A DNA stretch of 63,607 nt, filler included, from Perkinsus chesapeaki ATCC PRA-425 (GCA_013115145.1; 10 parts of 10 records of this genome joined end to end with filler, not necessarily neighbours in it), one strand, 5' to 3'. Shown: positions 51,034 to 62,840, numbered from the whole stretch's first letter. The notes: a model not told the origin generated them from the sequence alone. Translations and numbers: made by a program.

Positions 51034-53371
51034 CTATGAGAACCACATCGTGGTTGTCAAGAGCTGGACACACCATGCTACATTGGTGGACTAACTCAGT
51101 TTCATTATGGGATCCTCAGGTTCTCATGTTTGCCCAATAGGGCAACCAATTTGGAAGCGGTGCAATCCGCTGTTCGGGCTTTCAATACTCACCTGATCTC
51201 GATAGCATATTCAGTTTCACAGTTAAAAGATTCGATTTCACCCAAGCTGAGGAGAGTGCCAAAGTTTGGCGGTGCTATGCTTTTTCTGTCGAACACTTAG
51301 TCCTGTCACAGGACTCCTGGGCCGCCTGGTAAATCAATACCCTTCGAGCAATGAGGCGGCCAATTACGAACGGCCGACAGACTCATATATCTGGACACTG
51401 CATATGCCTCAGAGACTGGCATCGCTGTTCTCTGTTATCTGGCTTGTCTATCCAAGTCGGATAGCTGGATGGCTCAGCCATCATGGCTAACTCAGTGAGT
51501 TAGCTCAGTTAAACTCACATAACACGTATTAAAATGATACTATCGATTCAGACTATTCATCAGAGCAAACAAACTCATCACAAGAACTCAAACACGTTCT
51601 TGAATGATTAAAGTATCAAAGTTCCGCCACACGAGCAACAAAAAACTTGGGAGAGTTTGCTAGATCCTGCGCGGGAGTCACGTCACTGCTAAGTGGTCCA
51701 CGAGAGAGCGTAAACTCTTCTTGAGCCACCGGGAACCTTCCATGTGACGGGGGCATCTGAAGAACAACTGGGCGAACAGAGACAGCATATGTGAGCCTGG
51801 CAGGATAACTACGAGCGCCCTTACCCGTCGAAAGGCTGTGTCTCATTATGCAGAGCTGCTGAGGCCCAAACACACACAAGTAGCTGCAGTAGGATCACTT
51901 TTAGGCTGGTATTGTCCATTTGACGTGTAATACTGGGATATATGCTGTAACTGAAATCGGAAAGCTCTGATGGACGGCGCTGCGCTGAGCCGCGCCGTCT
52001 ATGGAACACAGCGGTTCAATCGTACACGTATTGTCCTTCAAATTGACCTCTGCTACGCGTTTTAAAGGTGCGTAGGTCTTGGCCGAGTTGATTCGATTCA
52101 GTTAGACTTATCCTTCACCATGCTACCGTGGTCGCTATTGGTTTTCTGCTGCGCTATCCGTTCCGTCGTATCGGTGTTACTCTACAGCCGTGTACGGTTG
52201 ATAAGTTATGAATGATAATGACTGCCCCCCGGGGAAGAAATGTCTGTACCAGAGAGGCATCCGCGAGACTAGTCATTCCGGATGCAAATATATAATTCCG
52301 TGTGGCCCTCTTCCTGAAAACCCCATCATTTGCCTTTGTGAGAAGGCCTATTGCCGTTTTCCTATCGAGTAAGCATGCGGTGCCACGGTCAGGCCAGGCA
52401 TGGTTTCGGTAGAATTCTTCTTTTTAAAGATTATTCACTTCATCACTGAACGAATGAAGTCTTGAGTTGTATGAGCGTTGGAGTAATCGATATTAGATTC
52501 GAGTGAAGATCACTCAGTGAACGGGTAGACTCCGCCCGCACAAATTCTTCCAACTGTCAATCGTAGAACGATCAGCGTATGCGCGAACTATGAAACCGCT
52601 TCTTTTCCGAGGATTGTGGGAGAAGATGAGACAAGTGGTGTAAGTCACCGGGTGACGCACCGCTTGCTCATCGTGTGCCAGTGTGCTACCACTGTGAAGG
52701 GTGTCCCATAAATTTTCACCCAATTTTGAATAAGAGTTTCTCTCCAACCAGGAAGTGGTTGACAGACAAATTCGGAAGGTATATCGCTCGGCCGAGAGTA
52801 AGAACGATCAACGCTAGGCCTGACTGCAAACAGGAGGATCGGACAGAAGCGGGATTTTGAATGAGCCCCAGTACATGTCCGTGCCAGGGCCAACAGTTGA
52901 GTGCTGGTGTGGCATCAATACATAAGGGGCATACAGAAAAGATAGTTCTCGTTATATTTAGCGTGACGTGACCCGTTTCGCTGCACGCCCGCCAGCTTCA
53001 ATCACTTAACGTGTGCTCGCACACGGGGCGACTAGTGCGCCGCTGGAGCGCGTATCTTTGCACGTTCATGCGCTACCGCACTCCGAATATTTCCTACCGT
53101 ATGTCGGTAGTCCTCTGTTGCGAACGTTGTCGGTGCAACTCCACCCCCCTTTCTCTTTTTCTCCCTCCCACTCCGCCCTGGGGATCCTTGTGCTATCTGC
53201 GCGGCCCTGTCTACTCTACTATCCTTTACGGTCCGATTTAGTAGCCATCCTGAGTCCCACTCTGAGTGGGCCAATCATTGATTGAAGTACTCTAAATTAG
53301 CAGCAGTTAAAGACCGGAAAGAAGCTTTAAAGAGATTTCGGCAAACTTGCTCTGCGGAAGATGGAGAGGTT

Positions 53372-53471
53372 NNNNNNNNNNNNNNNNNNNNNNNNNNNNN
53401 NNNNNNNNNNNNNNNTTAATTAATTAANNNNNNNNNNNNNNNNNNNNNNNNNNNNNNNNNNNNNNNNNNNN
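53372..53471. other. Artificial contig-joining linker
   Basis: N44-TTAATTAATTAA-N44. Confidence 0.97.
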
Positions 53472-53473
53472 TC

Positions 53474-54466
53474 TATTCCAACTACCAGATTCTCGATGAT
53501 TCCTTGGATGTGGACGAAGCTATCAAGACGGTTCATGATATGTACAAGGTTACACCGGTCAGTCGTGAGTTAGCATCTACTGTTGGCGACCAAGACGTTC
53601 CTACTGTATGTGATGACATGCTGGACGACCCACACATATGCGAGTCTGAGAGGACCTTTGTTGGGGATGGCATAGCCGTTGACTGGATGGCATCAAAGTC
53701 ATCGGATAATCTACGCAGCAGCGCCCAAAATATCATCCCTTACTATGATGTCCCGGAAGGGTCGGCCGCCTATACCTTCTTTCATCATGATGATGAGAGA
53801 CGTCTACTTCAGCTCGTCAAGTTCGAGTTCCCATCCGGTTGTAATCAAACAGTAAGTAAGAGTGACATGCGGTACTGCTTATTTATTAGCGTGGACGCGA
53901 CCATGTCAGCCATCACCTTGAGCGCTGGAATGAAATTCTATGATGTCAACGACAAGAACAAGGCTGCCACGTTATATTTATCTCTTGTGATAGACAAGCA
54001 GCTAGACAAGGTTCTGAGACTAGATGTCATTGCTGAAGGAACTGCTACTGTATGGCAGCTAGGTGAAGGAGTCAGCCTGAGTATTGTTGTTACAATTCAA
54101 GGAAGGGTTTCGGACGATACGGATAAGGACACCTTCATTGCTGAGTGCAAAATCTCAGTTTCATTCTGTGTGAACTTACCCGTTGTAGGAACCATCATTG
54201 ATGTGACTATCTATGCTAAACTAGGCATCACTGCTGCCCCCCAGAATGTTATCACGGCCTATGGTGAAATCGGTGTGAGTGTGTCCCTTTTCCTGGCTGG
54301 AGCTGGTGTCGGTATAAACATTAAAGGGGAAACACTTGACCATCTCGCCAATAAGTGGGCTTTTGTGTCCGAAGTCTTCTTGACGGCATGGGTCAACATT
54401 GGGTTCTATTCTCACGATTGGAGATGGAGCTGGGAAATCTGGCATGCAAGTCCGGTCAACTTTTGA
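53474..54466 (+). CDS. Intronless beta-strand-rich hypothetical protein, 5'-truncated
   Basis: Frame open from the contig start for about 330 codons; alternating hydrophobic/polar strands; ends WRWSWEIWHASPVNF. Confidence 0.75.
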   Translation, partial: YSNYQILDDSLDVDEAIKTVHDMYKVTPVSRELASTVGDQDVPTVCDDMLDDPHICESERTFVGDGIAVDWMASKSSDNLRSSAQNIIPYYDVPEGSAAYTFFHHDDERRLLQLVKFEFPSGCNQTVSKSDMRYCLFISVDATMSAITLSAGMKFYDVNDKNKAATLYLSLVIDKQLDKVLRLDVIAEGTATVWQLGEGVSLSIVVTIQGRVSDDTDKDTFIAECKISVSFCVNLPVVGTIIDVTIYAKLGITAAPQNVITAYGEIGVSVSLFLAGAGVGINIKGETLDHLANKWAFVSEVFLTAWVNIGFYSHDWRWSWEIWHASPVNF

Positions 54467-54637
54467 TTAAGCGGTTATGTCTAAGTCACTTGTTAGTCAT
54501 GTTTTGTATGATCTCTTCGATTTATGACTCTTTTATGTACTGGCGGACATCATAGTACAAAATTGGTTGTTTGGTGTGCACACTGCATTAGAAAAAGTTT
54601 GGAATGAGAAATATCTTTTGCAATGCAGACTTGCACA

Positions 54638-54740
54638 ATGAGTCACTCAAGTCCCTTATAAGTCTTGTAATAGAATCTCTTTTAAAACGATGAGTCACTC
54701 AAGTCCCTTATAAGTCTTGTAACAGACTCTCTTTTAAAGA
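54638..54740 (+). repeat. 52-bp tandem duplication containing TGAGTCA
   Basis: ATGAGTCACTCAAGTCCCTTATAAGTCTTGTAA... starts at 54638 and 54690. Confidence 0.85.
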
Positions 54741-55066
54741 TTTCTAGTTGCTCCGTCACGAGCGTCATTCAGCCTTCCCGTACGCATCTACGAAACCCTT
54801 TCTTGCCTGCTCGACCTATGTTGAGTTTGAGTATCAAGTCGAAGCACCTCCTGGAGCGGAGCAATCCAGCAATATGCAAAGTCGCAAGACAAGTTCTATG
54901 AGATGCATGTAAGATTTTATCTTAGATGATTGAATAGCTATCTCTCCGGGAGAGTGGGAAGAGGGCGACAGTGTCGTGCAGCAATGTAGAGCAGTTGCTG
55001 GAGGCAAAGTCGCGACCTAGGCGTCGATACCTAAACGGATGAGTCAGCCACAAGACTCTTTCACTG

Positions 55067-55166
55067 NNNNNNNNNNNNNNNNNNNNNNNNNNNNNNNNNN
55101 NNNNNNNNNNTTAATTAATTAANNNNNNNNNNNNNNNNNNNNNNNNNNNNNNNNNNNNNNNNNNNN
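55067..55166. other. Artificial contig-joining linker
   Basis: N44-TTAATTAATTAA-N44. Confidence 0.97.
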
Positions 55167-57917
55167 TAGATATACCAATAGCAGTTAATGCATTATCACC
55201 AGTACATACTACACTACGTATATCACCATCCTTTAACATATTAATTGCTAATGCACTATCACTTTTAACTTCATTCTTGAACAATAATAATCCTACCAAA
55301 CTTAGACCAGTTTCGAGGTCCGAGCGTGGTATTCGCTGCAGCTCTTCATCAGTAGTTCCACCAGGAAGCTCCTTGTACCCCATACCCAACACATAGTAGC
55401 TATCGGCAGCCAAGGCCTCCGAGACCGTCTCGTAATCCTTCGGTGAAGCACCAGCCTTGCAACCAGCACCAACTCTCTCATAGGAGCCTTTGATGATGAC
55501 CAGCACCCTACCCGTAGACGGCTCTCGGACGATGCACCCACTGGTCATACGTGTGTGGTCAAAGTGAAGAGGGCGAACCATCTCAAGCGCCTTGGACCCG
55601 TCAGGAGACCTCAGAACCCGATCGCCTTCATCCATATCGGGCAAGGACCAGCCAGACGCCTCGACCATCGCAACCTCGACGTTGTTACCAACTAACTGAC
55701 CAGAGCGCATCTTGGTGACCGTGTGGCACGCAGCCAGACCAAACTGCATCAGCTCAGGCATCTTCCGGACGTTACTGTGTGATGTAGAACCGATCGCACA
55801 GGAATCACTCAGGTTGATGCGATCCGCGAATTGGCCGTCATTTACTGGTAGAGCCCCAACAAGTTCCATACCATCCTTAGTAATGGTACCAGTCTTATCA
55901 AATACCATAACTGATATTTTACCAGCAACTGGTATCCTCTCTGGTTGAAGGCAGAATATCTTATGATGATTACGTAATCGTTTAGCAGCTACAGTCTGTC
56001 CCATTACCATTGCTACTGGTAACATTGGATTGATAGATTGCAGCATCGATATAAGGACTTGTAGTATAGTTACGATCCAATCGCCCATATCAGTGGCTGC
56101 TATGTAAATGATAGATAACATTATAGAATAGGCAAATAACATACCATACACCAGCGGCAGTTGATCGAGATACTTGAATCTGAAAAAAGGACGATGAAAG
56201 CAAGGAAGAGGCGGTAGAGGATAATGAAGAGAAAAGGGGACAATCCACACAACTTCCAAATGACCGAACTATCACGAACAACGTGAAACACCATCTGTAA
56301 ATTATACGACGTTCAACGAGCGATGAGAATCGACAGCAAATAAGCACCCGAGCAGGTCGGAGAAACAACTTACTTAACAGACTGTGGGAACATGACCATT
56401 CGAACCAACTGCCCCTTAGTAGTAAGACCACCAACAGCTGTAACGAACATAACAGCACGGTCGTGATAGTCACCATTGGACTGCATACACATTGTGCCTG
56501 AAAACACATGCTCATTAATGGCATTAGTCCAATTGAATGACTTACCGGCATAAACCTTGTTCTTGGAACCAAATTTAGCGCCCTCAAAATTCGGAGCTTC
56601 GACCTTCTGCACTGGTAGAGGCTCGCCAGTAAGCATGGACTCATTGGCAACTGCTGTACCGTTTACAACATAACCGTCGCACACAAACTGCTGTCTCTCT
56701 TCAATGATGAGAATGTCGCCCAGGACAACCTCGGAGGATTCGACATCAATCCACTCAGAGTCGCGCAGGACTCTGACCGTCTCACTGTGTCGGGCGAGAT
56801 CGGATATCTTTTTCTGGCCTCTGCGCACTATAAAGATAGCCTTCGCCACACCAGTGATGATCATCATAGCAAACCAGACACTGCCGATATTCCAACCGCT
56901 ATAACCAAGATACGTCCACGAGCCCATGTTTTGTATAACGTAGAAGATACTGCTGAACTCGATAACCAAGCTCTCGAGTATCGATGGCACTTTCACAGAG
57001 ATTTGATTGGGGCCAACAACGCGCTGAATAGCAGTTGCCTCCTCTTTCGAAAGGCCGCCGTTTTTGAGCAACTGATGGGCATCAGTAGCGGTGGTATCTT
57101 CATCACACCCAACAGGTCTGAAGCGGTCCAGTTCGGCATCGTAATGGTAGCGCACGCAGGTGTATTCGATGGTGCGATCAACTTCGCCGGAAGCATCAAG
57201 TTCGTCATTGATTCTGACCAAAGTCTTGCAATTGCTGCTGCTCCAGCTTTTGGCGACCTTACGGCACTTAATCAACACCTTCTTCAGCACCCGAGGTATC
57301 GTCTTTCGCTCGTCATCAGCCATACCTATGCCGACCATTTCGGTGTCGTCCACCGCTGGGACTTCTTCCTCTATTAACACATGCGTTGCTGTTGCCAATG
57401 AGAACTGTGGTAACATGAATTTAGTTCGGATGGCTTCATAATAAAGTATCATGAACGCGGCGATTAAATGAAAAATCGCAAAGACGAACAAATACGGCCC
57501 GGTGACGCCGTTCCAATCAGTGCCCCAAGAATCGACGTAAATCTGCGGCATATAGCTGATGACCGCCAAAAAGACCATGCAACCATAGGCAGGCACCATA
57601 AGGCCGATCCAGCTGTACAGAAGGCACGCTCCGAAGTTCGAGACGGCATAACCGATTTGAACAAAGAATCGTTCGTCGTCTTCTGTGCTGTGGAATGTCA
57701 GTCGTCGTCGGGCACAAACTCTTCGGTCCTTGATGGAGCTCTTCGCGGAGGCGTCCGTGATATCGTCATCGTCGCTTGCTTCCTCGCTCCATTGCTTCGT
57801 TGAAGCCATGATGGTTTTGCAGTAGATGTTCCGATACACAGCAAAGCCAATAGTCAGTAAGACAAGACAGGCGATAATGACCGCCCATCCTGTGATGAAT
57901 GAAATAGCAAATTCCAT
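55167..57917 (-). CDS. P5-type (ATP13A-like) P-type ATPase, copy B, 3'-truncated
   Basis: ESMLTGE (A domain), SINPMLP (TM4), VFDKTGTIT (phosphorylation site), IIKGSYE, CTGDNALTA; two introns (in-frame ~56488-56535 and ~56180-56370). Confidence 0.92.
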
Positions 57918-58325
57918 AGTAAAGGAAAGATCCACCTGAAGAGTCGAAGCTGGCAGCCATCATCACACAACACAGCAGCTGATTTAGAGAGAATAACGTA
58001 GCAAAGCAGGCAGGAAATGAACAACTTTGCTGTAGAGAAAACTACAGTGGCAGTTTTACAGACAGTACAAGTAGTAGTATTGGTAGTGGCAGCTATTTAC
58101 GTTGTAGCAGCGAGGGACAGGCTCTAGCCAGCCGTGAACATCATAACGGGTTGCCGAAGTTGACCCTTCGTCAACTATACGGCGCGCGAAGGCAAAAGCT
58201 TGTCGATCGTGCGATTGAGCAGGAATCGACTGCGTTAAGAAGACAAGCGGAAAACGTAACCGCAATTCTAGCAGCTTTCCAAGTGAGCTTTACACCCTCA
58301 ACACTGCATAATGAGAGTGCAGCAG

Positions 58326-59353
58326 TTAGGCAGCAGTTGGTATCGAAGACTTTGCTTTCCTCGAACGCTGCCATTTTCTAAATAGGGCTGCTACCGGACC
58401 GAGCAGACCAACCTTTACGAAGAGATGAAGGAAGAGTACAGCTGAGCCGAGTATGATAGTATAATCGATTCTATAGCCGGTGGAGAATACATTATTAGGG
58501 CCGTCATAGCCGAGCGTCGAGATCTCAGGACTGTCGTATGGTAGCATGGCCAGAGCTTCAGCAGGAGGCAAACAGTTATCGCTGGCGTCCGGCGTCCAAT
58601 TGGGAAAGCCGAGAAGTTGATATCGGTGGATTTGCGTACCAAGGAAGCAACCGCCGATATTTCCAACTGAGAATTGGCTGACGAAGGGGATCTCTCCCGT
58701 GACCAAGGAGGCACCGCTATCGCAGCTCACACGGTAGACACAGGACAGGTCACATGGGTCAACCCAGAGCAAGGCGAAACTGAGAGCGGTGAAGGCCAAG
58801 TAAAATATATTGAGGCTCCAATTACGAAGGATGTTGCATCGGAACGCACCACCGTACGAAGCTGTATAGCAGTGCGTGACGAGGATAACGAGAAGGACGA
58901 ACACTTGCACGGCCGAGTCGTAGTTGTCGCCTTTTTTAGTCCAGTCTTTAGCTTGGATATTCAAATCGAGAGTATTGACGTAATAATACCAATCTGAATT
59001 CTTAGATGACCACAGAATAGCATAAGCGATGATTTGACAAAGATAGGAGCACACAATGGGGACAGCACAGGATAGGATGGTCCTCCAACCGAGAAGTGAG
59101 GCGGTCGGACGATAAGGTGCAAGATGTTTAGTTGGACCAGATAGTGTCATAGTCCATACCATACCAACACCCAGGAGCAGATCGGTCATTAGATATACCC
59201 ATTCGCCGAGGTTATTGTTACCGATGATAGTACCGGAAATTCGGACACCAGTGAGCACGAAAGCATAAACGATATAGTAGGAGTATGTAGCAAGATTAGT
59301 AGCGAGACATGCTCTACCTTCACGTATTAGATCAACTACTGTAATAAGACTTG
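58326..59353 (-). CDS. P5-type ATPase, copy A, C-terminal membrane region (5'-truncated)
   Basis: VVDLIREGRACLAT...YRPTASLLGWRTI...GGAFRCNILRNW. Confidence 0.88.
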
Positions 59354-59453
59354 NNNNNNNNNNNNNNNNNNNNNNNNNNNNNNNNNNNNNNNNNNNNTTA
59401 ATTAATTAANNNNNNNNNNNNNNNNNNNNNNNNNNNNNNNNNNNNNNNNNNNN
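59354..59453. other. Artificial contig-joining linker
   Basis: N44-TTAATTAATTAA-N44. Confidence 0.97.
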
Positions 59454-59556
59454 AATACACGCTTTAATGGTATAGTAAGAATTAACTAATAATAAATACA
59501 CGCTTTAATGGTATAGTAAGAATTAACTAATGATAAATACACGCTTTAGTGGTATA
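59454..59556 (+). repeat. 41-bp tandem repeat, about 2.5 copies, at the contig start
   Basis: AATACACGCTTTAATGGTATAGTAAGAATTAACTAATAATA starts at 59454, 59495 and 59536. Confidence 0.9.
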
Positions 59557-59839
59557 TTAGAAAGATACAGTATCTCCATGAAGGTGCTTGTGAAACTCTG
59601 TAACTTGTTAGAGATGCTTAAGATATCAACCGAAAATTGTCTAAACCTTGAAATAATAGATGCACCGGATGGCAGTTCAAACGATAAAAAACGGTAGATG
59701 GAACGATTCTGCAGCATCAACGCCGATGGAACAAAATGTGAAAAATGTCGTGACCGGGGTTCGAGCCTGAGTGATGTGCATGCGTGCGGTTTACGCATTT
59801 ACCAGCTATGGTTTATTATCTTGGATTATTGATCCATTA

Positions 59840-59919
59840 AAATGCACCGTCAGCTTGACGGTGCATTTGACGATTCACGAATTTAGTGCTTGATGGCGTC
59901 AAGCAGTAAATTCGTGAAT
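59840..59919. other. Two adjacent strong hairpins
   Basis: 13-bp perfect stem with GCT loop (59840-59868); 13+7-bp stem with one G-G mismatch and a 5-nt loop (59873-59919). Confidence 0.85.
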
Positions 59920-60487
59920 AGCGAACTGTAAGACAACAAAGAACAGTGCTGAGAGGAGCATAGTCACCTTCCTAAGCCTACCTAAGTTATACTAGAGTCA
60001 TGACACAGCTAGGACCTTAGGTCCTACACTGTGGGTAGCTGAGAATGGTTATCTTTTCACTGCCCTTTGTAGTTGCGCAGTTTGCTATTAGCTATGTGAT
60101 CTACACAGTTGCACGCATACGTTAGGGTTTTCTGCGCCCTTAATAAGCCTTGGTTTGGAAGTTCTTTCTGGCACTCGACAACCATGCCGTGTTTCTCTCC
60201 GATATAATCTTGAATGAAAATCCAGCCTTCAGTAGACTCATCTCGTTGGTAGTACCCATCACTGGGTAAGACAGCAGCCAATCTGAGCACTAATCCATTG
60301 TCATCTCCAATTGAGCATTGAGTATCACGTTCGTTACAACATACGATGGCTAATGGCTTCAACTTGATCTCGAAGTTCTCGATGGCATCCTCACCTTTGC
60401 TCTAATAATTCCCTTGTCCATATGCTGTACATGGTGTGCAGCATTAGTAGGCCTGCGGACAGGCAGTGTAGGGCTGAAGTGAGCTGT

Positions 60488-60569
60488 GAGTGTTTGCCCG
60501 AGTGGTTAAGGGGGTGGACTTAAGATCCACTGGACATGGTCCGCGTGGGTTCAAACCCCACAGCACTCA
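60488..60569 (+). tRNA. tRNA-Leu (anticodon TAA), intronless
   Basis: Acceptor GAGTGTT/AGCACTC; anticodon arm GTGGA-CTTAAGA-TCCAC; long variable arm; T arm GTGGG-TTCAAAC-CCCAC. Confidence 0.95.
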
Positions 60570-60655
60570 GTACCAAGTTGTGGCCTTGTTTTCCAAGTAA
60601 TCTGCTTCACTGGAACATACGGTATATGTTATTCTGTTAACAGAGTCTATTCAGT

Positions 60656-61216
60656 TACAACTGGTTCTGCTCTATTCCGGGTTCCCACCCAAATGAATTG
60701 TTAACTCAATTCTCCCTCCCTTGGCGATCATAAATCCGGTCATGCTCCTACCGAGCGTAATCTCTCAAGATAGTAATGACTCTTGCCCAACTTGGACTTT
60801 CCACAACTCATGAACGCTCGGTGGGATCTCCTCCGGGTGGCAGTGGGCTGGGAATAAAATTGGCACGTTGGGTGCACGAGCTTAATCAACTGAATACAAC
60901 ACGTGAATCTGACGCCGTCTTATTACCATCTTCCCCCTCTGCGCCTGCCCTAGCTCCTGGGCCACTTCGCTCGCCCTAACTGACACAATCCTTCCTGCGC
61001 TTCCCAGTTGTACTGCACAACACTTCGTGTTCTTTCATACAACTGGTTCTGCTCTATTCCGGGTTCCCACCCAAATGAATTGTTAACTCAATTCTCCCTC
61101 CCTTGGCGATCATAAATCCGGTCATGCTCCTACCGAGCGTAATCTCTCAAGATAGTAATGACTCTTGCCCAACTTGGACTTTCCACAACTCATGAACGCT
61201 CGGTGGGATCTCCTCC
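60656..61216 (-). repeat. Split direct repeats B1-A2-B2 at the 3' end of the YR retrotransposon
   Basis: 179-bp copies at 61038-61216 and 60656-60834 are identical on manual comparison and separated by 203 bp. Confidence 0.9.
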
Positions 61217-61370
61217 CAAGCAGCATGACCCGGGTTTTTGATCACCAGGCGGAGTAGCTTCTTGGGTGTAGGAGCCATCCATCTCTGTCGTCAACTTCTC
61301 CCGACGCCCTCACCGCTTTCGTGTTCTCCTTCCGGTCCTCCTTGTTTATCTCCCTTCTGCTATTAATCTG

Positions 61371-62374
61371 TCAGCCTCCATTATGGGTGTCGCCGAGTTT
61401 GCCCGTCACTCTCTGTGTATAGCTCTCGGAGTCTGCCATGTAGCTCTCTCTAGCGTACCTGTCTATTACATTCGAGCGCCATCTTCCAAATGCCTTTGTG
61501 CTCTCGGTTGACACCCCTGCTTCAATGTGACCTTGTGTTCCTCCCACTCGGAAACTATGCAAGGAGTATTGCTCTGCCTCCTGTATGCCGCTATTTCTTA
61601 GATCCGCCTTCAATGTTTCTCTTAAGCTTCCTTGGTCCCATCGTTGACCGTCATTATTCACAAAGAGTAAGTCGTTCTTTTCGGCACCCTGGCCCGCTCG
61701 ATACTCTAATAACTGCATCATGGCGTGTACCGGGCAGTATCCTTCAATCTCCTCTTTACACGCACATTGTTGGGATCTCTGACATCCCTGACCTTTCTGG
61801 TCGTTCTTCGTTACCTCAAACTTTACTGTGGCCACCGCGCCGTTTACTGCTACCTGACCGATTCTCAACTCAACTAGCTCACCACCTCTCATCATGAACC
61901 ACCACGCTATCGTATACGCTGCCGATCTCGCTTCCTCCCGTATTTTGCCCTTCCGCATATATACTGTTTGTTTCCTCAATGTCTCCAGTGTCAGAGGTTC
62001 TGCGCCTTCATCTGGGCTAATGCCTCTCACACATGCCCGTTTTATCCTCCGCAAGTTACTCTTCTCCACTGCAGTGAACTCCACCCACGTGTCATCTCCG
62101 CTTTCGCTGTTACCGCATCAATGTAGACACACACCGATCTATACTCTGCTTTCCTTAATGCGGCTGCCATTAACTCGATCTTCTTCATCTCAATTGGATA
62201 CGGATCCTCTCCCGCTCTGATCATCATCCGCTCAAACGTGTTCAGCCTTGCCTTCATCGATTTTGCAGTACTGGCACCGTAAAACTTACTCCTCAATTCA
62301 TCCACAGCTGTCTCTCTTCCACTTGCCGTAGCAATTATCATGTCGGCCTTCCGTTGCTTCTCGCGATAACTCAT
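61371..62374 (-). pseudogene. Tyrosine recombinase of the retrotransposon, split by one frameshift near 62090
   Basis: Catalytic R (MRGGE), K (TKND), HSFR, W (GRW) and Y (DRY); the N-terminal part is in another frame (62042-62374). Confidence 0.85.
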
Positions 62375-62840
62375 AACTGGGCGAGGGGGCTTTGCTGGCC
62401 TCTGGACAATTGGTTAGCAAACAACTAACTAAAACAACTAACGAAGTCTGCTGAGTTAACGGCGTTAACCAAACTGAAGTACGAAACATAGGACTTGATT
62501 ACCCGCCCCCACCCCAACCACTGGGAGAGGGCACTCAGCCCGCCTAACAGTGCGGGTGTCAAGTCCACTCATCCTGTTGCCTCTTCTATTGGCATACTTA
62601 GCGCGAACTATCTTAAGATATTTCAACCTTAGGCATGGGTGAAAGAACATTAGCTCAGTCCAACTCGGAGAGCTTAAGCAACTAACTATGGCCAACTCGA
62701 CCCTTGTATCTATAAGCTGAAAGGAGACGGTAGCCTCTAGTATGCAACTTCCCTATCAGAGGCTAATAAGAACAATGCTCGCCACCTTAACTCTGAAAAC
62801 AAAGCCAGCTTTCTTCAGCTAGCTGACAGCTCGTAATGCA

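Noticed and set aside
51476-51504. AGCCATCATGGCT resembles the Perkinsus/dinoflagellate spliced-leader core (AGCCATYTTGGCT), followed by a 9-bp palindrome
   Set aside because: Mismatch in the core, flanks do not match the SL, and no donor GT or Sm site follows; chance is plausible
52970-53290. Possible 3' remnant of another YR element (pyrimidine-rich tract, short palindrome at 53256-53270)
   Set aside because: No convincing protein motif or repeat match to the element at 60656-63607
1002-59453. Recurrent TTAATTAATTAA 'repeat' and any gene clustering across it
   Set aside because: Artificial six-frame-stop linker flanked by exactly 44 N on each side; adjacent contigs are not biologically linked
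60057-60362. 101-aa minus-strand ORF
   Set aside because: TTG start and no recognisable motif; insufficient support
60776-60979. 67-aa ORF
   Set aside because: Lies within the terminal repeats of the retrotransposon; no coding signal
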